From a virus (lineage: Duplodnaviria > Caudoviricetes), in IMG/VR virus record IMGVR_UViG_3300037851_000300, positions 1 through 62,343 of that record: a DNA stretch of 62,343 bases. One strand, given 5' to 3'. How positions within the stretch are numbered: position 1 is the stretch's first letter; every line of letters starts with the position of its first letter. Position numbers and translations under genes: made by a program. The notes under the pieces are model-generated. The model ran no database searches. It was not told the DNA's origin and saw nothing but the letters and a program-made list of their open reading frames with translations. This document shows, piece after piece, positions 28,769-36,500 of this stretch.

Positions 28769-29227
28769 TTAATTAAAATAGTCCTGTAATTCTTTGAGCA
28801 ATCTTCTCATCTGCTCTAATTTATATCTCGGTATCCTATCCGGGGCCGGGATATTGTTCTTTTTAATCTCTAAGAGAGAATACATATCTCCAGCACTGAC
28901 CACAAAAAATACTTCTGGTCTTGCAAATGGACTGTCCGGATTACGGAATCCGAGGATAGTCATATCATTTGCTATGCCCTGTTCTTTTTTAAGATCGGCT
29001 ATCCATTCCGACATACTGTATGTTTTGGCGTTTTTCCACTCTATTGCCACGCCTATTGATGGTATCTGCTGGTCGCCCTTGTTCTTACCTTGTCCGGAGC
29101 CAACAACCTCATAAGTATTCGGATCTAAACTCTTGAAAAATTCTACACCCCACTTAACAAGCTCCCTCCCTTTTTGTCTTGTACTTGTCATATAAGTCGC
29201 GGAGAATAGCCGAGATGTTTGCGCCAT
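28769..29227 (-). CDS. PD-(D/E)xK Holliday junction resolvase-like nuclease
   Basis: QKGRELV, GSG..KGD, IEWKN. Confidence 0.65.
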   Translation of the reverse strand: MAQTSRLFSATYMTSTRQKGRELVKWGVEFFKSLDPNTYEVVGSGQGKNKGDQQIPSIGVAIEWKNAKTYSMSEWIADLKKEQGIANDMTILGFRNPDSPFARPEVFFVVSAGDMYSLLEIKKNNIPAPDRIPRYKLEQMRRLLKELQDYFN

Positions 29228-29508
29228 TCATTCTCATTGATTCTCCGGTTTTTAGCTATATTCCATTCTGTCGGCCAATAATATCCCTCTACATTGAACT
29301 TAGCCCTGATACGTTTGACACTGTCCTCTCTTGGCAATTCATATAAATCTTTTAGATATATCCCAACATCCTTGCCATTAGATGCCTGCTTGAGATATCT
29401 TGGATAATACTTCTTCCATATTTCAATCATCAAGGTTATATCGCTGTTCCTCGATTCCGGTACGGTTTTCAAGATATCTTCTACCTCATACTTCAGATTC
29501 TTAATCAT
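29188..29508 (-). CDS. Hypothetical DNA-binding protein
   Basis: PESRNSD..L, SVKRIRAKF. Confidence 0.55.
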   Translation of the reverse strand: MIKNLKYEVEDILKTVPESRNSDITLMIEIWKKYYPRYLKQASNGKDVGIYLKDLYELPREDSVKRIRAKFNVEGYYWPTEWNIAKNRRINENEWRKHLGYSPRLI

Positions 29509-29520
29509 ATCTATACAATT

Positions 29521-29595
29521 TTAATTGATATGACCAAAAATAAAAACCGATAAATCCCTTGTGGAATGTTCGGTTTTGATAGTTTGGTTTTCCAT
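29521..29595 (-). CDS. Leaderless 24-aa leader peptide MENQTIKTEH..., containing a hairpin
   Basis: ATG 7 nt after -10 TATAAT; AAAACCGA/TCGGTTTT stem. Confidence 0.4.
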   Translation of the reverse strand: MENQTIKTEHSTRDLSVFIFGHIN

Positions 29596-29601
29596 AACCT
29601 T

Positions 29602-29630
29602 ATTATATGACTATACAATTTTTATGTAAA
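29602..29630 (-). promoter_or_regulatory. Sigma70 promoter TTTACA-17-TATAAT with operator in the spacer
   Basis: Near-consensus boxes; AGTTATCAAC just upstream. Confidence 0.8.
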
Positions 29631-29638
29631 GTTGATAA

Positions 29639-30055
29639 CTATGATATCCCTTCCGGCATCGGAATACCAGTAAATATCTCAATCTTTTTAATATAAGCGG
29701 AGAAATCCGCCTTGTCCATATTAGTTGTGCTTTCCGGGCGCGTGAACTCAACTATCTTTCCGCCCGGCAATCTAACCTTATCCTGAACAGCATCCAACAA
29801 CTGACGCTTTAAGAACTCGTGCATACTGTCCATACGGTCTTTAGTTACTACACCATCACACTCCTCAACAATCGTCTTGATGTAATTCCAGTAATATGAA
29901 TTTTGCCGGATAGAACGGATGCTTTTTTTAGGGCCAATAGAAAATTCAACTTCTTTACCATTAAGTGTCCGGATATAATTATTCAGCTTCTCTATCTTGT
30001 ATGGAACAAACTTATTTGAAGCTACCCGGCCATAAAATTTTAATCTATCGTCCAT
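29639..30055 (-). CDS. NinB-like recombination protein
   Basis: RSIRQNSYYW, HEFLK, STTNMDKADFSAYI. Confidence 0.75.
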   Translation of the reverse strand: MDDRLKFYGRVASNKFVPYKIEKLNNYIRTLNGKEVEFSIGPKKSIRSIRQNSYYWNYIKTIVEECDGVVTKDRMDSMHEFLKRQLLDAVQDKVRLPGGKIVEFTRPESTTNMDKADFSAYIKKIEIFTGIPMPEGIS

Positions 30056-30464
30056 ATCTTTTTTGTTTAGTATTTAAGAATAATGAAACAACAGCCATCG
30101 GATGTAGGCAATTCTTTTTTTTGAGCCAATTTAATAAACTCACAGTTTCAAAGTTGGTATGAGAATTCCAATACACCCTTATTGCCATATAGACCTTCCG
30201 GATATGCTCTTCAAATTCAAGCGGGTCGGTGGTATCCCATTTTATATATGGCATATACGGATCTACTACCTCGTTAAAATATGTCTTGGCTTTCGTTTCT
30301 GGCTTCCTTATGGCTATCTTTTTTAAATACCCCGACCAATAATCATCGGATATCGGTCTGACAGGATGAGATAATTCTTTTTGTGTTATGCCACAACCGT
30401 TAAGACACACTCCCCCAACGAAGTTATGACCTAACATTTTGCCTTTGCAATTTTGGTTTTCCAT
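30045..30464 (-). CDS. Hypothetical protein (MENQNC start, Cys/His N-terminus)
   Basis: ORF downstream of the structured region; start reassigned to ATG 30464. Confidence 0.55.
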   Translation of the reverse strand: MENQNCKGKMLGHNFVGGVCLNGCGITQKELSHPVRPISDDYWSGYLKKIAIRKPETKAKTYFNEVVDPYMPYIKWDTTDPLEFEEHIRKVYMAIRVYWNSHTNFETVSLLNWLKKKNCLHPMAVVSLFLNTKQKRYGR

Positions 30465-30657
30465 ATTGATAATCTTAGGGCGAAGCCGGCACGGAGCTGG
30501 CCGTTTCACCGAGACTGGGAATGTCTATAATAAATATCCTTTAGTTTGAGTTACAAATGGGAGGGAATTTTTACTGTGCATAATGAACTGCTCCGCCCTA
30601 AAATTATCAAAGATTGCCCTTACCCATAATAAGCCGGGAACAATCAGATACTAGATT

Positions 30658-30912
30658 AAATAGCTTGCCTATCTCCTACCTCCCGGATGTCCTTTCTTCC
30701 CCCAAGAATCTTGTCTTGGGTCATAGGAAGTAAAACATCTAAGATAATTTTGCAAAAATTGATAATCTATTGAGGAGGGTATATCGGTTTGCGACTGCCT
30801 GATAGGTGCGCTAATAGGATATATGGTCGAACCCTCCCCCTCAATAGATATCAAAATGTAAATTATCTCATCCGGTATGGTTATCAATAGGGCAACTGCT
30901 GAACGTCTATTT
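30658..30912. ncRNA. Large nested stem-loop element (ncRNA or origin candidate)
   Basis: Nested IRs TTGCCTAT/ATAGGGCAA, CCGGATG/CATCCGG, CCCAAGA/TCTTGGG and a long ATCTATTGAGG/CCTCAATAGAT arm. Confidence 0.5.
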
Positions 30913-30964
30913 ATCGGATAAACTTCTTGCGAAGAAACGTGGGCGTTGCGAACCCTATCCTAAA

Positions 30965-31076
30965 GAAAAAACCCTTTGGACGTTCAGTCATAAGTTTTTT
31001 AGACTTATGATAGAACCGCCAAAAGGTTATTTTACCGATTCTATTTTTTTCTGAACGTCCAGAGATTTAATCTCTT
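30965..31076 (-). promoter_or_regulatory. Attenuator-like leader (terminator/antiterminator)
   Basis: AACCUUUUGG..UCAUAAGU/ACUUAUGA..CCAAAGGGUU + U tract competing with UGGACGUUCAG/CUGAACGUCCA. Confidence 0.6.
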
Positions 31077-31082
31077 GTGTAA

Positions 31083-31111
31083 ATCATACTATAAATGAAC
31101 ATAGCGCACAA
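31083..31111 (-). promoter_or_regulatory. Sigma70 promoter TTGTGC-17-TATGAT
   Basis: Correct spacing; AGTTATCCAC abuts the -35 box. Confidence 0.65.
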
Positions 31112-31120
31112 GTGGATAAC

Positions 31121-31384
31121 TCAAGCCACCTTAGATTTAGATAGCGCCTTGATTTCCTTGATATCTTCGGCGTTATATATATCCCAGCAATCAAATAGGT
31201 TGCAGTAATCCATAAGCTTGCGAGCCATATTCGGGGTAAGTATTCTGTATGAACTATGGCCGAGATTATATGCCTCCTGAACTACCTCCAATACCTGTTC
31301 TGGGGCGAACAGCTTTACATCCGCCAGATAGATTGATAGTGGTAATACTTGCGGAAGGAATACTCTTTGTTCAGATGTTGTCAT
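31121..31384 (-). CDS. Hypothetical protein
   Basis: Coupled ORF. Confidence 0.55.
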   Translation of the reverse strand: MTTSEQRVFLPQVLPLSIYLADVKLFAPEQVLEVVQEAYNLGHSSYRILTPNMARKLMDYCNLFDCWDIYNAEDIKEIKALSKSKVA

Positions 31385-31986
31385 TGTTTTAAGTTTATTT
31401 CTTTTATACGGTTTATTATGCCTTCTTGCGCTTGCTCAATGCGTTTTTTCATCTCTATAAGTTGGAGGATGTTTCTTTCAGTTCTGAATGAATATATGTT
31501 ATATCCACCATCCGTTGAGATATGATCGAGCCACATCTCTTTTGGTACTTTACCGGTATTGAGCCATATCATCAGGGCATAGAAGGTTATCTGTCCGAAT
31601 GAATCAACTTTTATCTGTGTCCATTTAGTGCGCCCTGTCTTATATTCCCGGAACCTTCCATCCTCATAAGTGTCTATCTTCCCATACAGTTTTATCTTTC
31701 CTATCTTTGCGCTTATCTCCTTCTCGCTATACTTGTATCTTGGCAAGAATACCTTGCAGAAGTTTATGAGCGGGTCGTCTGAATCAAGGTTATTCTCCAT
31801 TACATCCGCAAACTCTTTACCAAACTCCATAGCATCGCTTACAATACCCTTCTCTCCGAACACATAGCGCCTTATGTATTCATCCTGATCTGATTCCCAA
31901 AGATTAAGCTGTGTCCAAGAGATATACGGCCGGGGAAGCTTAACTCTTTTTTGTTTGCTTTTGGATTTGCGCATTGATGAGGTCAT
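31381..31986 (-). CDS. PD-(D/E)xK (RecB/Cas4-like) exonuclease
   Basis: ISWTQL, FGKEF, GKID, EYKTG, QITFYA. Confidence 0.85.
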   Translation of the reverse strand: MTSSMRKSKSKQKRVKLPRPYISWTQLNLWESDQDEYIRRYVFGEKGIVSDAMEFGKEFADVMENNLDSDDPLINFCKVFLPRYKYSEKEISAKIGKIKLYGKIDTYEDGRFREYKTGRTKWTQIKVDSFGQITFYALMIWLNTGKVPKEMWLDHISTDGGYNIYSFRTERNILQLIEMKKRIEQAQEGIINRIKEINLKQ

Positions 31987-32575
31987 TCAGAATCTTCTTA
32001 TCTTTAATACTGATGGCACTGTTTTTGTTGATTCTGGTTTTCCATTCCACAAGTAACTGCGAATCGTGTTCATCTTCAATTAGTTGTTTAGAGCGTTCCA
32101 CCATTTCAGACATCTCCTTCTTTTTATCTTCCACAACTTGCTTATCTTTCTTAGTGGCTCCGTCAAGCTGATTCCAATATACATCAAGAGCTATACCGAA
32201 TAGCGTGGCGCATTTCTTCAGGGCATCAGTAGAAGCCGCTTTGTAGGTATCTCCCACCGGCACGCCTTCATTCCTATCTGCTTGTCCGTATTGTTCCTTT
32301 GATATCGCGAATCCCTGAACGTGATCTTTTATGGTAAGCGTTCCCTTCACAAAAACCTCCTTGTCGGTTTCCTTCTGATCCGACAATGTAAATTGCCAAT
32401 TAAGAGGCCCGAACACATTGTTCAATTTAGCCACAACATACCCTCCCTCCACATACCTAAATACTCTATTACCCCTACCCTTACGCTCTTTTATGAACTG
32501 TTCCGGGGTCTGGGCGCTTATTACCAACTGCTGTTCTCTGTTCAACGATATGAGTGATAAAGATTTTGTTTTCAT
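31940..32575 (-). CDS. sak: Rad52/Sak-family single-strand annealing protein
   Basis: GRGNRVFRYVEG, LNNVFG, YKAASTDALKKCATLFGI. Confidence 0.85.
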   Translation of the reverse strand: MKTKSLSLISLNREQQLVISAQTPEQFIKERKGRGNRVFRYVEGGYVVAKLNNVFGPLNWQFTLSDQKETDKEVFVKGTLTIKDHVQGFAISKEQYGQADRNEGVPVGDTYKAASTDALKKCATLFGIALDVYWNQLDGATKKDKQVVEDKKKEMSEMVERSKQLIEDEHDSQLLVEWKTRINKNSAISIKDKKILNDLINAQIQKQTKKS

Positions 32576-32577
32576 AT

Positions 32578-33156
32578 TTAGCGTCCGACAACTGTTTTGG
32601 TTATTACTCGCACTCCGGGTACATTCACATTTTCTTTGAGTACATCATTCCTTAACATCACCATATCAAGCATCCAGTATTCTTTTGGTATAACTCCGGT
32701 ATCAACTATTTCTATATCTCGGACGTGTCTGATATTTGAATGTTCTGCTTCTGGAGCTTTTTCTATGGCTTCAACTTTCCTTACAACGGTTTCAACTCTC
32801 TTTATCTTTCCTTCTTCAAACTGCTTCTGCACCTTCGTAGCTTCTTCTCTGGCCTTGCGCTCTTTTTCTGTGTAGTATCTCTCCATCTTTGACTTCACTT
32901 CCGTATCGGCTTGGGCTAAAGCATCCTCGGCCGGCTTCCATCTGTTCCTCTCGGCTTCAACTGCTTCCTTCAACGGAGCAAGAACTTTGTCCTTCTCCTG
33001 CTTGATGGCCTTCTGAAAAGTAAAGACCTGCTTTCTGAATACTGAAGCTTCCTGATATGTAGCGTCATCATTGACCTGCATATTGGTTGCTACTTCAAGA
33101 GCTTTTGTAGCTCTCTTTGGCGCTGTGTCCGCCGTTACTGTCAATTCCTTTGACAT
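32578..33156 (-). CDS. Coiled-coil recombination-module protein (Gp157/Gam-like)
   Basis: Long coiled-coil, IPKEYW and VPGVR C-terminus; next to Sak. Confidence 0.55.
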   Translation of the reverse strand: MSKELTVTADTAPKRATKALEVATNMQVNDDATYQEASVFRKQVFTFQKAIKQEKDKVLAPLKEAVEAERNRWKPAEDALAQADTEVKSKMERYYTEKERKAREEATKVQKQFEEGKIKRVETVVRKVEAIEKAPEAEHSNIRHVRDIEIVDTGVIPKEYWMLDMVMLRNDVLKENVNVPGVRVITKTVVGR

Positions 33157-33184
33157 TGTGCTTTTCCTCCGGGTATGCTATTAT
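33156..33184 (+). promoter_or_regulatory. Antisense promoter TTGTGC-17-TATTAT with extended -10 TG
   Basis: Points against gene flow into a terminator hairpin. Confidence 0.65.
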
Positions 33185-33189
33185 GTAAA

Positions 33190-33240
33190 TGGTTTTCCAT
33201 AATAACGGCTCCGAAAGGGGCTGTTTATTATTTACTTTTT
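33190..33240 (+). ncRNA. Candidate ~50-nt antisense sRNA
   Basis: Promoter, 5' UGGUUUUCC seed, GAAA-tetraloop stem with G-U pairs on + strand, U-rich end. Confidence 0.6.
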
Positions 33241-33411
33241 GTTCCGGGGTGAATCAGTACCACGAACAATCTGCTGAACTCTGGCTCTGGTTATTTTACC
33301 AAAGCCATCACGCTCTAACTGTTCAATTATTTCAGAGAGAGAATATACTCCGCTCCTCCATAATTTCCTGATGTGCTGATTGCGCACCGGATACTTTTCT
33401 TTCTTTACCAT
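33232..33411 (-). CDS. Small HTH transcription regulator (59 aa), leaderless
   Basis: Own translation ...YSLSEII...GKITRARVQQIV; ATG 7 nt after TAAAAT. Confidence 0.8.
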   Translation of the reverse strand: MVKKEKYPVRNQHIRKLWRSGVYSLSEIIEQLERDGFGKITRARVQQIVRGTDSPRNKK

Positions 33412-33417
33412 ACTGAT

Positions 33418-33445
33418 ATTTTACTCCTTTGAATTGTATAGTCAA
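33418..33445 (-). promoter_or_regulatory. Promoter TTGACT-16-TAAAAT overlapped by operator TGACTATACAATT
   Basis: The same 13-mer occurs inverted at 29608-29620. Confidence 0.7.
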
Positions 33446-33506
33446 GAGATACAAAAAATGGCTTATTTCAAGCCATTTTATTGTGCTTATTGTATAGTTA
33501 TCAACA

Positions 33507-36500
33507 TCAGTCCATATTGTCTTTTAATAACTTATACGCCTTATATTCCTGATCCGATAGTTTATTAAGAATAGCTTTCGCTTCCTGATATCTTCCTTCT
33601 TCAAGAAGTTTCTGTATCTCAATATATTTAGGATAGACGATTTTTTTCGCCTCCTGCGTTTTCGCTCTCTTAGCTGATGAGGACAGTGTCTTATATATCT
33701 CGTAGTCAGATTCACTTAATCCTTCGAGCAAGCGCCGGGCTTCAAGTTCGTTGCCCTGATTCCTTAACTCCTGTATCTGTTTGAATACTGGCTCAACTTT
33801 TCTCCTTGCCTCCGCCCGCTTCTTAACTTGTTCGGCAAGAGCGTCAAAGTATTTCTGTGTATCTATCTGGGATTTGGTCTTAAATTTAATCGGAAACTCT
33901 AACGCTTCCAGAGCAGATTGCACCGGGTTCTTTTTATACTGGAAGTCCTTATCCCATAGGGGCTTGAGTACGCGATTATATAGTTCAGTCATATACGGAT
34001 GATTGGATTGCAATCCTACATACTCCGCAATTTTGCCGATTTTGGTCTTGCCCTCGTCTGTTTCCTTATATATTTGTCTGCCAAAGTAATCCTTATTGGC
34101 TATCACCTCGGACACTATCTTCACCGGCATTGAGAATAGCGATCCGAATTTCTGTTCCGCAGTTGAGATATCACCCTTGCCAAGAGCTATGAACCCGGAA
34201 CCGAGATTGCGTGGTAGGGATAATATAGACGGCAAGAGAGCGACATAGGCCGCATCTCCATTTGGCAAGGGAGCTTTAAGCTCAAACTCCTTTCCCGGCT
34301 CATTGTCCCACATATAGTTCCCGGTCAATTTTCTATTCAAGTAATTATATAGGGCATAGGATAGGACGGCTCCGGCGGCAAAACGTCTGTTCAGCTTAAA
34401 CGCCGGATTACGGAATTCAGTTGTCAGAGACTTAGCCGTATTGAATAGCATATTGATTATGCCTTCCCTGAATTTTGGAGCAAAGAACATTGTTGTAAGA
34501 ACATCTTGAGATAGTTTAGACCTTGCAAGGTTATCAGATAGACCATAGAAGGCCTTGACCGTATCCCCAGCCAGTTGCTTTGCTTGTCCTTCCGGCAAAC
34601 CTTTCTTTAGAGCTGATTTGTATGTCCGCTCAAAAGCATCAACATATAGTTGAGGCATAAATGAGGCAAATGTCTTTTCGTTGAAAAGCTTGTCAAAAGA
34701 TTCCCCGGCAAGTTCTGTCATCTTCTTATTCGCCACCAGATTCTTATATACCTTATCCAAGCTTCCTACCCTATGGCTTACATCAATACCCTCCTCCGCC
34801 ATCATCTTTAGATACGGAGCTTTTTCGGTGAAGTATTTTATAGTTGATGAATTGAAGTTGGCCCGGACAAATGGAATAACAGCTCTCGGATTAAACGAGG
34901 ACAGCTCTTTAAGAAACTGCCCGAACACAAAGAAGTTGATTGAAGATTTTGGAACACCAGCCGATAATCTCAATTCTTGGACAAAACGGTTAGTCCAAGC
35001 TCCGGTGGAGAATACCTTATCCAAAAACCCTAAGTCCTCCTCTTTTCTAAATATACCGTTTAGGGCATTGGCTACCTCTGGAGTGGCTGAATACTTTTCA
35101 TTGGCAAAGGGAAGATTAAGCGGCTTGAATGAATCCGGCGCCAACTCTGTCGGGAACACCTTACCTGCCTCAACAAGATTTGTCATAAATTTCTTGTTAG
35201 CAATCGTCTTTTCCATCTCACCACGATAGTATGCGATGAGCTGTGCCGGATTGGTGTATTTAGGATTAAGTCCGAATTTGATGGCCGTTTCATAATCCGG
35301 GAATGTCCTCTCCTTACTGAATGAAGGATTTATTTTAAGCCGTGCCGCCACATCACCCGGCAAAGTCCCATTACCGCTTATATACGCGTCAATAGCATCG
35401 TCTGATACATTGTTCTCGCGCATATATTTTACTATGGCCGCCTTTATTTCTTCGGCGCTCTCTTTATATACCTGCGGCAAATAATTCTGCCAGTAATTCA
35501 CGGTAAGACCTCTCTTATTCGCTTCACGGAACATAGAATCAAAAGCATCTTTGATTGCCTGATTGTATGGCGTATTCTCCCCGGCCTGATACTTCTTTAT
35601 AATCTCCCACCCTTCCTTCTCTGGTATCTTATACTTTGCGATTTCTGCATTGGCAAATTCTTTGGCGGACAGAATCTCTTTAGTCCAGTCAGAATATATC
35701 TTGCGGGATTTATCGTCCATATACTTCGCTGGAGCTAAGAATTCTTTTAGCTTCTGAAACATACCGGTATTCTTTGCCGGACGGCCCATAGCCACTTCGT
35801 CAAGTTTTGCGGTAATGGTTTTGAGATACTGCTGATATTCTTCGGCCCTCTGCGCATTTCTTACGCCGGCATCAAAGATGGCCTCCTCCGGCTTATATAT
35901 CTCTTGTTTTGGTAATTCAGGAATGGCCCCGGTCTTGCTATTGAACATCTGAATCTCCTTATTTATCCGTTCTATTGTCTTTTCAGAATACTCTTTGATC
36001 TTACTGCCTATTTTATATTCCGGGGTTGATTTCAAAAGCTGAAGCTCCGCTTTTAATGCCTTAAATTCCCTTCTCTTGATTGCAAACTGTTCGTATATCT
36101 CTCCAAGCTCATTGGCATCTTCTGGATATTGAGGATAGATAGAATGGAACTCTTGGGCTATCTGATCGCCCTCTCTCATCCATATCGTTCGCCCCTTACC
36201 AAGTCCGCCTTCCCCGAGTTTTCCTTCACGCTTATTAGCATATTTATCCAAGCGTTTTAATGGATTGTCGGCCAGATACTCTTCAAGTGCCTCCACTTCT
36301 CTTTGCAAGTTTGGGATGTCTTTAACGTTCCGTATTGCTCCAAGAGCAAGCACACCAGCTCCGGCCTTTAGGGGATTGAATTGTATTTTACCGTCATCAT
36401 CTACTTCTACGCCGGCAACGGCTCCAAATGCTTCCTTTTTTCCTACTTTTCTAAGAGCTTCTAATCTTGATGCCTCACTACCCTTTTTGTATTTAACGAT

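Noticed and set aside
30669-30887. 72-aa ORF
   Set aside because: Coincides with nested inverted repeats, has a TTG start and no protein features
31381-31986. cas4 of a CRISPR system
   Set aside because: No Fe-S cysteines, and it sits beside Sak in a recombination module
33189-33371. + strand 60-aa ORF
   Set aside because: Antisense to the HTH gene and runs through a terminator hairpin
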